64,000 nucleotides of DNA, taken from sequence record MG589383. One strand, given 5' to 3'. The translations under genes and the position numbers were made by a program. This document shows, one piece after another, positions 1 to 8,172 of this stretch; the stretch's first letter is position 1, and every line of letters starts with the position of its first letter. The notes beneath the pieces are model-generated. The model did no database searches. It was not told where the DNA came from and saw nothing but the letters and a program-made list of their open reading frames with translations. This DNA comes from Shigella phage phi25-307.

Positions 1-356
1 TTCAAAGGCATTTTACACTGTTCACGACCGAACAAATCAGTACGTCCTAGATTACGCAGGATGTTGTTAGAGTTAATCATCGACAGAACGTTAAGTTTAT
101 TCAGCGCGCTGAAGATTCCATCGGCCATTGATTTTCCGTAACCTTTACACGCTTTAATAAGCGCTCGCGGTAGATTAGTATAGATTTCAGACGGCATATG
201 AAAATCAAATTTACTAGTCAGTAATTGATGAACTTGGATAGCAATTTGCTCATAATTAAGTGCTCTGCGATCATTATGGTCTTTAAACCACACTTTAATC
301 TGTGAAGCACATAAACCGTTAATTTCATGTTTTACCGCATCAGATGTAATGCTCAT
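1..356 (-). CDS. hypothetical protein (partial; C-terminus lies beyond left window edge)
   Basis: Minus-strand frame opens at ATG 354-356 (GAGGAAA RBS upstream) and stays open to position 1; N-term MSITSDAVKHEINGL; no motif recognised. Confidence 0.4.
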   Translation of the reverse strand, partial: MSITSDAVKHEINGLCASQIKVWFKDHNDRRALNYEQIAIQVHQLLTSKFDFHMPSEIYTNLPRALIKACKGYGKSMADGIFSALNKLNVLSMINSNNILRNLGRTDLFGREQCKMPL

Positions 357-418
357 AACTATTTCCTCAGATTGAATTGGAACTCAAAACCATTATAACC
401 CGTCCTTGGGTAAAGCGT

Positions 419-946
419 TTATGCGTGAACCGTCTTTAAACGTTCTTCAAATTTCCGAAGAGTACTAATACGTTCTGCTTTCTGTTTTGTATAGTTTGCA
501 ATACGTTCTGAAGTGAGAGCGTATCGTTCGTTTACTGTTTCTTTCATGAAGTCAGGGATTTCACGAGAAGCTTTAATTTCATCAAACTTATCGAGTACTG
601 CCTGGTCTTCAGCGATTAAATTTTCGTACATCTCGATATCTTTCTTGATAAACTCGATATCTTCCTGGGTTACTTTGGATAAACGAGATGCTTTATCCTT
701 TTTGTACTGCTCGTTAGTTTCACGAGACCAGAATAATGTACGTTTTTTGTTAGTGTTTTTGTAGACTTCCACAATTCCAACTGAATCGATGATAACAATC
801 CAATTCCAGCGAGATTTGAAAATCTGACCTCCGTCCACGGTAATCTCGTTACCATAAGCAATGTCATTAAAGAACTTGCTTTGTGCTTCAGATTTAAATT
901 TACCGTCGTTATAATTTACCAGGTTGAAAATATCTTTAGCGTTCAT
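419..946 (-). CDS. hypothetical early protein, 175 aa
   Basis: ORF track; ATG at 944-946 preceded by GGAGG RBS and early promoter at 974-1002. Confidence 0.6.
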   Translation of the reverse strand: MNAKDIFNLVNYNDGKFKSEAQSKFFNDIAYGNEITVDGGQIFKSRWNWIVIIDSVGIVEVYKNTNKKRTLFWSRETNEQYKKDKASRLSKVTQEDIEFIKKDIEMYENLIAEDQAVLDKFDEIKASREIPDFMKETVNERYALTSERIANYTKQKAERISTLRKFEERLKTVHA

Positions 947-973
947 GTTTTACCTCCAGTAGTTGATAGGTCT

Positions 974-1002
974 ATAATAACATAACCATAGACCTTGTAA
1001 AC
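974..1002 (-). promoter_or_regulatory. early sigma70-type promoter (-35 GTTTAC, -10 TATTAT, 17-nt spacer)
   Basis: Plus strand shows gtaaac at 997-1002 and ataata at 974-979; -10 flanked by inverted repeat ggtctat/atagacc. Confidence 0.6.
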
Positions 1003-1004
1003 AA

Positions 1005-1292
1005 CTAAAAGAAACTTTTTTCGGTATTTTTTCCACTGAACCAAACCGATTTCGGAATTTTCTGTAATTTTTCAGATTTAAGTTTCTCTTCCTGTTCTTT
1101 CTTATATGCATCCTTGTCGTACTGGAACAACTCTAGGGCATTCTTTTGTAGACGGTCTAAGGTAATTAAGGCTTTAGTTTTTCCTTTCAAGGAAGAGTCC
1201 TGGCGAACCTCCTCGCTATATTGCATCGTAGAACTAACTATACGATGAGCATAGAGTTCGACTGCTGCTTTAATTTTTTGCATAAAATCCAT
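1005..1292 (-). CDS. hypothetical protein, 95 aa
   Basis: ORF track; ATG at 1290-1292 with AGAGGA RBS. Confidence 0.55.
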   Translation of the reverse strand: MDFMQKIKAAVELYAHRIVSSTMQYSEEVRQDSSLKGKTKALITLDRLQKNALELFQYDKDAYKKEQEEKLKSEKLQKIPKSVWFSGKNTEKSFF

Positions 1293-1430
1293 AACATATC
1301 CTCTTTGATTTGTACATCATTATTTTTAAATATTTCTATGCCCTCAGTAGGTTCCTGGTGTCCTTCTTTGAGGTAAGCCATATGATTATTCATCTTTATG
1401 GCTTTTGTTACCTCAGAACTTCCTATAAGC

Positions 1431-2432
1431 TTATTTCAGTAAAGTTACTTCAGAGATTTCCTCCCAACCATCTTTATCAGTTGAAATAAAATCTGCTACG
1501 TAAAGAGCCGTACGTAATGATACATTGCGAAGACGAGATACGTTAGCCTTCATCCAGGACAATGCTTTATACGTTTCTGCATCCGTCAGACCACGTTTCT
1601 GCATCATGTCAGTAGATAATATTACATCTTCAACTCGAACCATAATCTCTTCATTAGAGTGTACTCCAAGGTCGAGATACACTGAACGAGATACTAAAGC
1701 TTGAAGGTGTGGGGCAAGTTTCGAACCGCGTTCTAACTCTTTATCGATATCAACGTTAGTAATGAAAACGATAGTACCTTCAAACTCAAATTCTTTATCA
1801 ATACCCTTATCATCGAGATAAGATGACGCAGTGCTCCAACAAACTTTGCGTTTATCTCCGGTATCTAATGCTGCTTTAAGAAGGTTCAAGATGTCCATAT
1901 CTGAGAATACGTCAACGTCGTCGATTAAGAGAACGCTGTCTGCATCACGGTTGAGCCAAAGTTGTTCGTAAAGGCCAATACCAGAGATTTTACCATTAAT
2001 GCTTTTGTATTTGATGAAACCGTTATCATTAGCATTATTAAGTGCTTTATCCAGAGAATACGTCTTACCAATACCAGCTGCACCTGAAATAATGAGTGAA
2101 CGAATTTTACCATCGATAATGCCATTCGTCATCATGTTCATTACTTTAAAGCGTTTGTTGATACGAGTTTTCATATCTTCAGTGCTTTCAACAACTGCAA
2201 CTGGTGACGTCTCAACTCTTTCCATTACGATGTCTGATTTGAAGACCCATACTCCACGTTCAGAACCATCAATCATAACGAAAATTTTACCATCACCTAA
2301 GTGGGAACATTCAGGATTAAGCTTTGCCGGGAACCAGGTCTTTGTGGCAACATAAGAACCAGAGATTTCGTTATTACGATAGATACCTTTTTTGATTTGA
2401 ACGTTGAACATTTTATTCTCCAATTTACTCAT
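1431..2432 (-). CDS. P-loop NTPase (AAA+-like) with N-terminal domain of unknown function
   Basis: Walker A GAAGIGKT, Walker B-like VLLIDDVD, sensor-like TIVFITN in translation; ATG 2430-2432; early promoter 2450-2478. Confidence 0.7.
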   Translation of the reverse strand: MSKLENKMFNVQIKKGIYRNNEISGSYVATKTWFPAKLNPECSHLGDGKIFVMIDGSERGVWVFKSDIVMERVETSPVAVVESTEDMKTRINKRFKVMNMMTNGIIDGKIRSLIISGAAGIGKTYSLDKALNNANDNGFIKYKSINGKISGIGLYEQLWLNRDADSVLLIDDVDVFSDMDILNLLKAALDTGDKRKVCWSTASSYLDDKGIDKEFEFEGTIVFITNVDIDKELERGSKLAPHLQALVSRSVYLDLGVHSNEEIMVRVEDVILSTDMMQKRGLTDAETYKALSWMKANVSRLRNVSLRTALYVADFISTDKDGWEEISEVTLLK

Positions 2433-2449
2433 TTCGTTTCGATAGGTCT

Positions 2450-2478
2450 ATAATAACATGTTTAAAGCAAAAGTAAAC
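2450..2478 (-). promoter_or_regulatory. early sigma70-type promoter
   Basis: gtaaac 2473-2478, ataata 2450-2455 on plus strand; 17-nt spacer. Confidence 0.6.
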
Positions 2479-2480
2479 AA

Positions 2481-2699
2481 TTATTTGCGACGAGATTTTT
2501 TGGTAAGAGGTTGAAAGAACACTGCTTTACCGGCTGGGGTTAAGGTGACTCGTAATGCATTACCGATTCCTAAGGATGCTTTAACTAAACCTTTAGCTTT
2601 CAGTTCACCGAATGCTTGACGTTGTTCTGCATCACGAGTGTTAACCATAAGACCTTTATCACCTGCTTCACGAATCATTTCTAACATTTTGGTTTTCAT
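2481..2699 (-). CDS. small basic protein, 72 aa
   Basis: ORF track frame; start refined to ATG 2697-2699 with GAGGAG RBS (track start at 2756 is a GTG inside the promoter); early promoter 2728-2756. Confidence 0.5.
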   Translation of the reverse strand: MKTKMLEMIREAGDKGLMVNTRDAEQRQAFGELKAKGLVKASLGIGNALRVTLTPAGKAVFFQPLTKKSRRK

Positions 2700-2727
2700 T
2701 TTGTTCTCCTCTTGTTTTGATAGGTCT

Positions 2728-2756
2728 ATAGTATCATATCCTAAAAGCATGTACAC
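2728..2756 (-). promoter_or_regulatory. early sigma70-type promoter
   Basis: gtacac 2751-2756 and atagta 2728-2733 on plus strand (GTGTAC/TACTAT on minus). Confidence 0.5.
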
Positions 2757-2774
2757 TACTTTTTAAAAATATTT

Positions 2775-2803
2775 TAACCCCCTAAAGGGACCCGAAGGTC
2801 CCC
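2775..2803 (-). terminator. intrinsic terminator-like hairpin
   Basis: gggacc-cgaa-ggtccc stem-loop after the stop of 2808-3089, followed by U-rich run on minus strand. Confidence 0.4.
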
Positions 2804-2807
2804 ACAT

Positions 2808-3089
2808 TTACTTATCGCACTTAGCAACATAATTAGGCATATCACAGAATACGGAGCGAGTAACTACTCGGCCCTTTGACCATGCTTCAGTTGCTTGTCC
2901 GGCCGTGCTATTAATATAGCTTGATCTAATGTTCTCAATACCCTGAGAATGTGATGCATTTACCGAACCATTAGAAGGCCCAGAAGACTGGTTACCACCA
3001 GCTCCTGCACTACCGCCAGCAGCACCCGTGGTAGCACCAACAGAGAATGCCATCATTACTGCGAATAAACCAATTACTAATTTTTTCAT
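2808..3089 (-). CDS. secreted Gly/Ser-rich small protein (N-terminal signal peptide, C-terminal Cys pair)
   Basis: MKKLVIGLFAVMMAFSVGA hydrophobic leader, GAAGGSAGAGG tract, CDMPNYVAKC; GAGGT RBS. Confidence 0.55.
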   Translation of the reverse strand: MKKLVIGLFAVMMAFSVGATTGAAGGSAGAGGNQSSGPSNGSVNASHSQGIENIRSSYINSTAGQATEAWSKGRVVTRSVFCDMPNYVAKCDK

Positions 3090-3120
3090 ATTTACCTCAA
3101 GTTAATGGTTATTTATCTAC

Positions 3121-4110
3121 TTATTTATAGTAAGAATTATGATTTTCGAGATAGACTTGTTCAAGGAAGTCATCCCAGAAACTCATATCTACTTTTTGTT
3201 GCATGCCGTTCTTGGCAGCTTGTTCTGATGCTTGTTCAACTTGGTCAACGATATCTTCTAGGAATTCTTGTACAGTTTTAAATGTATGTTTACCAAGCTT
3301 AACATCGAGAATAAATGGAGCATCCTGAAGTGGGTAAACCAGGTCGCCTGTTTTGTAAATTTCCAATAATTGAAGTCCACCACGACATGCATGACTCAAT
3401 GCTTTCCAGTCAATACCTTCGTTAGCTTCTGCCTTACGAGCACGTTCACCATAGTTCTCTTCCAGTTTAACCAGGATGGCATTGAACTCTTTATTGGTTA
3501 ACGTGTCTTGGAATTTACGGTCTAACAGATTATAGAATGTTTGCTTACCTGTTTTCTCGTTTTCAGTTTCAATCCACGAAGCAAATTCACCTACGGGCAG
3601 AACATTCTTCATATGTGATAAACGAATTACTGCACCATTATCAAAGTATTGTCCCCATTCATTAGAACGTTTAAGGGCTTGACGAAGAACAGCCAGTCGA
3701 GAACCCTTGACGCCGTATTTAGAAGCTTGCTTACGAACATACCCTAAATAAGATTTCATGTTAGTAGTATAGAAACGAGACCTGTTGTCTTGAATATACT
3801 TCCACACGTCAGGCAAATCAGATTTAACTACTAAACTTGGTGGAGTGTGAAGCATATCTAATGCGACGGTTTCACCATCCGCAGCTAGTTTAAAGAAATA
3901 TTTGAGACTATACAACTCATGGTCCACGTCGTCTTTTGTGTTCTTAGAAGATGTGTTATTCGTGTTCTTGCTCATATGTTCTTTAACGTTACCGGTCAAG
4001 ATGTCACGAGCATGAGGGACGTAAATTTCTTTAAAATCAACGTCAGATTCAGGAGTAGACGTTCCATAAAGGTGGCTACCAAAGTAGCCTTTCATAATTG
4101 TTTTCATCAT
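3121..4110 (-). CDS. Pol-beta superfamily nucleotidyltransferase-like protein, 329 aa
   Basis: GSHLYGTSTPESDVDF matches the hG[GS]x9-13Dh[DE]h nucleotidyltransferase signature; ATGATGA overlap with upstream membrane-protein gene. Confidence 0.7.
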   Translation of the reverse strand: MMKTIMKGYFGSHLYGTSTPESDVDFKEIYVPHARDILTGNVKEHMSKNTNNTSSKNTKDDVDHELYSLKYFFKLAADGETVALDMLHTPPSLVVKSDLPDVWKYIQDNRSRFYTTNMKSYLGYVRKQASKYGVKGSRLAVLRQALKRSNEWGQYFDNGAVIRLSHMKNVLPVGEFASWIETENEKTGKQTFYNLLDRKFQDTLTNKEFNAILVKLEENYGERARKAEANEGIDWKALSHACRGGLQLLEIYKTGDLVYPLQDAPFILDVKLGKHTFKTVQEFLEDIVDQVEQASEQAAKNGMQQKVDMSFWDDFLEQVYLENHNSYYK

Positions 4111-4580
4111 TTAGCCTTATATTCAAGAGTAGGACAGACTTTTTCTTTACGAGCTTTAAGGTATTCGCCTATTAATGATTTCTTACGTTCAATAGGCTCA
4201 AGTCCATTTTTAATTCGTTCTTGGTTTTGCGCAATGAACTCAATTTCTTTATAATATTTTCTGTCGTTATATTTGTCTAACAACCAAGATGGACCAATTA
4301 TCAACCCGGCAGAAATAAAAGCCATGACTGATACCATTAAAATGCCTACGCCAATTGAGGCCGGAACTAATGTCCATAGACTGCTAAAAACAAAGAATCT
4401 AGTTAAAATTTCCTGGCCAATGATTACGACTGCTGCTAAAATCGCAAATCCAATAATTGAAACAGACAATACTGGGATTAACGTTTTCCAAAAATAAGCA
4501 CACAACGTTTTAGGGCGATTCCATGTACTATTGAACGCGGCATAAATTTTAAAGTGCCAAGAGTTTTCATTGATAATCAT
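4107..4580 (-). CDS. membrane protein, 157 aa
   Basis: Two long hydrophobic segments (LIPVLSVSIIGFAILAAVVIIG; GVGILMVSVMAFISAGLIIG); AAGGAA RBS; stop overlaps downstream start. Confidence 0.6.
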   Translation of the reverse strand: MIINENSWHFKIYAAFNSTWNRPKTLCAYFWKTLIPVLSVSIIGFAILAAVVIIGQEILTRFFVFSSLWTLVPASIGVGILMVSVMAFISAGLIIGPSWLLDKYNDRKYYKEIEFIAQNQERIKNGLEPIERKKSLIGEYLKARKEKVCPTLEYKAK

Positions 4581-4589
4581 AATAATTCC

Positions 4590-5120
4590 TTATTTCAAAG
4601 TCGGGATAATAGAATCAAGATAAGCTTTAAGAGCAACTGCTTCATCTTTGTCTAATGTAATGATATGCTGACGAAGGTCATCAATTTGACGAATAACTAC
4701 GACATCACCATCTTCATACGAAGGATTAACGCCTAGGACTGTTGTATAGTCAGGGCGGTCCTGATTTGTAATAAAAGCATTACGGCATTTAGCCCATTGA
4801 AGTTTGGCCTTTTTGGCTGTTTCAGATTCCACGAATTCTTTCACCTTAGTGACGAATGTTTTCCAATTATTAATAGAAAAACATTCGTCTTCAGTTTCGA
4901 TATTAACCCCACTATAAAGTCCATGATAAAAACGAACTTGGAGGTCTTCACCAATGTTAATTACAGATGCATGTCCCGGTGGATTGAGTTTCAAAATCTT
5001 GTCCAGTTCCATAGGAAGAATAGTAGCAGCATCATCTTCTTGTGTCAGAACATACACATAACCACGTTTTTCGATACATAAATCACCAAACAACTCGGTT
5101 GTTTCAATTACAGTTTTCAT
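4590..5120 (-). CDS. hypothetical protein, 176 aa
   Basis: ORF track frame; first ATG is at 5118-5120 (track start is TTG), 1 nt after upstream stop. Confidence 0.55.
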   Translation of the reverse strand: MKTVIETTELFGDLCIEKRGYVYVLTQEDDAATILPMELDKILKLNPPGHASVINIGEDLQVRFYHGLYSGVNIETEDECFSINNWKTFVTKVKEFVESETAKKAKLQWAKCRNAFITNQDRPDYTTVLGVNPSYEDGDVVVIRQIDDLRQHIITLDKDEAVALKAYLDSIIPTLK

Positions 5121-5121
5121 A

Positions 5122-5301
5122 TTATTCACCAATTAAAGTTTCAACAAAATTCACCAAAGCATTCTGGCAAGCATCAACCTGATTTTCATAAAAGTCTTCG
5201 TTATCATTTACCGCATGATAAGCTACATCATTCAAATCTGAATCAGCTTCACGTAAGTCACGGATAAGGTCCATCAATTTATTAGCTTGTTCACGGGTCA
5301 T
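5122..5301 (-). CDS. hypothetical small protein, 59 aa
   Basis: Hand-translated MTREQANKLMDLIRDLREADSDL...; ATGA overlap with upstream small ORF; below ORF-track size cutoff. Confidence 0.4.
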   Translation of the reverse strand: MTREQANKLMDLIRDLREADSDLNDVAYHAVNDNEDFYENQVDACQNALVNFVETLIGE

Positions 5302-5408
5302 TTTACCATACTCGTTTCAATAAGATTCACTATGCCGTTTACCATGTTATAAGTAAACATCGGATAATTGTATTGTACTACAACATAAGCGATAAGCAAA
5401 AGTTTCAT
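5298..5408 (-). CDS. hypothetical small hydrophobic protein, 36 aa
   Basis: Hand-translated MKLLLIAYVVVQYNYPMFTYNMVNGIVNLIETSMVK; GGAG RBS; sits between early promoter 5437-5466 and next gene. Confidence 0.25.
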   Translation of the reverse strand: MKLLLIAYVVVQYNYPMFTYNMVNGIVNLIETSMVK

Positions 5409-5436
5409 TTTGTTCTCCATTTGTTTTGGTAGGATT

Positions 5437-5466
5437 ACTATATCATAGTCCTACCAAGACGTAAAC
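5437..5466 (-). promoter_or_regulatory. early promoter with flanking inverted repeat
   Basis: gtaaac 5461-5466, actata 5437-5442; -10 flanked by ggtagga/tcctacc. Confidence 0.5.
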
Positions 5467-5672
5467 TACCGATTGTGTTTTAAATGTTGATAAAGTTCTT
5501 CAACTTGTTTAGGGTCCAAAACAATTAAGTCATTTTCTTGGCGAAGATAAATCCATCCCTTATCCCCACGGCCATTTTTACAAAACATCACCACCATATC
5601 ATCATCTTCAGCGCTTTCAGGTAAAAGTTCAAGTACACCGTCTTCAGATTTTCCAGTATAATCGTAAAGCAT
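5466..5672 (-). CDS. hypothetical small acidic protein, 68 aa
   Basis: ORF track frame; start refined to ATG 5670-5672 with GAGGA RBS. Confidence 0.5.
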   Translation of the reverse strand: MLYDYTGKSEDGVLELLPESAEDDDMVVMFCKNGRGDKGWIYLRQENDLIVLDPKQVEELYQHLKHNR

Positions 5673-5679
5673 AATGTCC

Positions 5680-5859
5680 TCACATAATCTCGTTAACATA
5701 CATTTGCAATTCGGTGTGGGCATCTGCCATCTTTTTCATAGCTCTGTTAATGTCGATGTCTCCATCTTCGCAACCATGAGCATTTTCCCAATCAGATACC
5801 GCATTAGCGTACTCTTCAATCAAAAACATCAACTTAGAAATCTTTTCTTTACGTGTCAT
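5680..5859 (-). CDS. hypothetical small protein, 59 aa (T4 rI.-1 position)
   Basis: ORF track frame; start refined to ATG 5857-5859 with GAGGAG RBS; early promoter 5887-5915. Confidence 0.5.
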   Translation of the reverse strand: MTRKEKISKLMFLIEEYANAVSDWENAHGCEDGDIDINRAMKKMADAHTELQMYVNEIM

Positions 5860-5886
5860 AACGTTCTCCTCTAGTAAGTAAGGACT

Positions 5887-5915
5887 ACTATAACACAACC
5901 TGAGGAAAAGTAAAC
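5887..5915 (-). promoter_or_regulatory. early sigma70-type promoter
   Basis: gtaaac 5910-5915, actata 5887-5892; follows the terminator at 5924-5954. Confidence 0.55.
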
Positions 5916-5923
5916 TGATAGAT

Positions 5924-5954
5924 GCCAAAAAGCCCCAACCATAAGGAAGGGGCT
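5924..5954 (-). terminator. intrinsic terminator after rI
   Basis: gcccc...ggggc hairpin followed by TTTTTGG on minus strand. Confidence 0.55.
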
Positions 5955-5960
5955 AGTAAA

Positions 5961-6263
5961 TTAGATAGATGTAGGCTCTAATTTTATTTTCATGAACTCG
6001 GCAAATTGTCTGGCAGTTTTTATGCCTTGTTCATGACATTCAAATGCATCATCACAGGGGCTATTTTTGTAATGCTTTGCCATATACTTATAGAATTTTT
6101 CAGAATTCTCGACATTTTGAATTTCAAACAAAGTATATACGTTTTTAATCCCTGATTCCATAAAGTTATCAAAATATGGGTCAGTGTACGCAGTACCAAC
6201 GATAGGAGTTGTTGCTGCAAAAAACCCCAGCATCGCCATGACAGCTATCGCTCTTAAGGCCAT
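5961..6263 (-). CDS. rI: lysis inhibition regulator rI (periplasmic antiholin-binding protein)
   Basis: Translation MALRAIAVMAMLGFF...DPYFDNFMESGIKNVYTLFE...CHEQG matches T4 RI as recalled; signal-anchor N-terminus. Confidence 0.85.
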   Translation of the reverse strand: MALRAIAVMAMLGFFAATTPIVGTAYTDPYFDNFMESGIKNVYTLFEIQNVENSEKFYKYMAKHYKNSPCDDAFECHEQGIKTARQFAEFMKIKLEPTSI

Positions 6264-6281
6264 ATAGGCCTCCTGTTAATT

Positions 6282-6488
6282 TTAGCCAGTATTTATTTTT
6301 CGCCTTTGGACGGCCTTAACATCTGTGAGGTATTTTTCCAGCTTGCGCTTGCGTGTATAATCAGCTTTAGAACCAGTTTGACGGATATCCTCGTTTAAAT
6401 GAGAAATAGAATGTCCTAATTCTCTTCGGATTTCATCCAATTGGGTTACAGTAAGATTACGAAGTTGTTTTTCGTTTAATTGCTGCAT
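6282..6488 (-). CDS. hypothetical small protein, 68 aa (T4 rI.1 position)
   Basis: ORF track; ATG 6486-6488, AGAGGT RBS; late-promoter-like TATAAATA on minus strand at 6513-6520. Confidence 0.5.
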   Translation of the reverse strand: MQQLNEKQLRNLTVTQLDEIRRELGHSISHLNEDIRQTGSKADYTRKRKLEKYLTDVKAVQRRKINTG

Positions 6489-6512
6489 ATATACCTCTTG
6501 GTTAGATATTAG

Positions 6513-6520
6513 TATTTATA
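6513..6520 (-). promoter_or_regulatory. late promoter motif TATAAATA (minus strand)
   Basis: Plus strand tatttata; ~25 nt upstream of the ORF starting at 6488. Confidence 0.35.
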
Positions 6521-7097
6521 ACAACCCTGTCAAATCATTCCAATGCTTCCGGCATAATGACACATATCTATCAGTATCACCAATTTCAATTTGACTGCCA
6601 TCTGTAATTGGAAGTCCGTCTTCAGTGACTCTAGCTACCATTGTGGCCTTTTTACCACAATGACAGACACCTTTAAGTTCAACAAGCTTATCGGCAATAG
6701 CCATTAATGCTTGAGAACCTTCAAATAGATTACCTTTAAAATCTGTTCGTAGTCCATATGCCATTACCGGCACATTGTATACGTCAACAATACGACTAAG
6801 TTGATACACCTTTTCAGTAGTTAAGAACTGAGCTTCGTCAACAAATACACAATGAATATCCTTTTGTGCTGTAGCCCATTTATAGAATTCAAAGATATCC
6901 ATGTCTTTTGTAATTATATTGGCGTCCTGACGAATACCAATACGAGAGACTATTTCACCTTTTGAATCGCGAGTATCAATAGCCGGTTTAAGAACTAATA
7001 CACCCATGCCACGTTCTTTATAGTTATGGGCGGCAGTCAAAAGAGAAGCAGATTTTCCAGCATTCATTGCTGCATAAGTAAAAATTAAACTCGCCAT
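6516..7097 (-). CDS. tk: thymidine kinase
   Basis: P-loop AMNAGKS, VDEAQF, Zn-ribbon CxxC...CRKH; 193 aa as in T4 Tk. Confidence 0.9.
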   Translation of the reverse strand: MASLIFTYAAMNAGKSASLLTAAHNYKERGMGVLVLKPAIDTRDSKGEIVSRIGIRQDANIITKDMDIFEFYKWATAQKDIHCVFVDEAQFLTTEKVYQLSRIVDVYNVPVMAYGLRTDFKGNLFEGSQALMAIADKLVELKGVCHCGKKATMVARVTEDGLPITDGSQIEIGDTDRYVSLCRKHWNDLTGLL

Positions 7098-7098
7098 C

Positions 7099-7287
7099 TT
7101 AGTCCTTAGTTAAATTTTCTAAATATGTTTCTAAATCATTTTCAGCTTTATCGATAGATTTTACTAATTCGTAGTATGTTTCAGCATCTCCATAATCCGA
7201 AGCCAATTCAAAAGATAAATCTCGTTCTAAACTAATAATTTCACTGATTAAAAATCGTATTTCATTCTTTTGTTCGCGAGTAATCAT
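7099..7287 (-). CDS. hypothetical small acidic protein, 62 aa
   Basis: ORF track; ATGA overlap with upstream gene. Confidence 0.5.
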   Translation of the reverse strand: MITREQKNEIRFLISEIISLERDLSFELASDYGDAETYYELVKSIDKAENDLETYLENLTKD

Positions 7288-7475
7288 AAGGAATTTATAT
7301 AATCAATAAGTTCTTGTTCTTTATCGTCGAAATCTTTACACAGTTCTTCGTATTCGTCGGTATTAAAAGGACCGCATTCATCGCAAACTTTTTCCAATTC
7401 ACTATTTTTATCAATAACTTCGTGAATAAGAGAAAACAGTCTGTCTTTTTGTTCTTTACTTAAACTCATAACCAT
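7284..7475 (-). CDS. hypothetical small protein, ~63 aa
   Basis: ORF track frame; first ATG at 7473-7475 (track start is TTG); alternative ATG at 7469. Confidence 0.5.
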   Translation of the reverse strand: MVMSLSKEQKDRLFSLIHEVIDKNSELEKVCDECGPFNTDEYEELCKDFDDKEQELIDYINSL

Positions 7476-7678
7476 GTAACCTTTAAGCAATATTCTTCTA
7501 CATGTTGTTTACGACCTTTCTTATCAATAAAGGTATATTCAACGAATGTTCCAATATAGTCTTTATCTACATCATGTGGACTATTAATTGGGCATTTAGT
7601 ACGGCAAATGCGTTCCCATTGACGAATAATTACTGCCTTATTCTTTGGGTCATATGGATGTGGATAATGTATATTCAT
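7466..7678 (-). CDS. hypothetical small Cys-containing protein, 70 aa
   Basis: ORF track frame; start refined to ATG 7676-7678 overlapping upstream stop (ATGA). Confidence 0.5.
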   Translation of the reverse strand: MNIHYPHPYDPKNKAVIIRQWERICRTKCPINSPHDVDKDYIGTFVEYTFIDKKGRKQHVEEYCLKVTWL

Positions 7679-8172
7679 AATAATGGTTCCCAATCAACAA
7701 TCACAATTTCTAGTTTAGTGGAATACGTATCTAAAATCTCTTCGATGACGTCCCAGTTTCCACCACCAATACCTGCACCAATTCTTGGCATATAAATTAC
7801 AGGCTTTGTTATCTTATTCTTTCCGAATTCATTTAATTCTATTATACAATTCATTAAAGCATAGTACTCAAAATTAGGTCCCGGCTCAAACTGCGTATAA
7901 AGATTAAAGCAATAAGCTTTATGGGTCTTAAAATATTTTTCATAAACCGAATAAGTCCCGAGTTTAGACTCGTCTCCGAATTCGGTTTGAAGTTTATCGG
8001 CTTCCAGAATTTTTGGATAAGCCTTTGCTAATTGTCCTGCCACACCGGCGCCCATTGTATGAAAACAATTACACCCGTGAGCAATATTATTACCTTTAGA
8101 AAACAGGGCGACAATATCGCCCTTGATATAGTTTTTAATCACTTGCTGCAAGTCCTCTAGTATAAGAGTCAA
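7675..8172 (-). CDS. macro-domain (ADP-ribose binding/processing) protein
   Basis: NIAHGCNCFHTMGAGVAGQL resembles the macro-domain glycine-rich ADP-ribose pocket; no in-frame ATG near 5' end (TTG at 8172 or GTG at 8142 after GAGGA). Confidence 0.6.
   Translation of the reverse strand: MTLILEDLQQVIKNYIKGDIVALFSKGNNIAHGCNCFHTMGAGVAGQLAKAYPKILEADKLQTEFGDESKLGTYSVYEKYFKTHKAYCFNLYTQFEPGPNFEYYALMNCIIELNEFGKNKITKPVIYMPRIGAGIGGGNWDVIEEILDTYSTKLEIVIVDWEPLL

Noticed and set aside
2481-2756. Longer N-terminal extensions in the ORF track (this ORF and e.g. 5680-5928, 14420-14920, 19670-20278, 23421-23813)
   Set aside because: The extensions begin at TTG/GTG codons inside promoters or upstream genes, whereas an internal ATG with a strong GAGG-type RBS and typical stop-start overlap gives the T4-like N-terminus; shorter models adopted.
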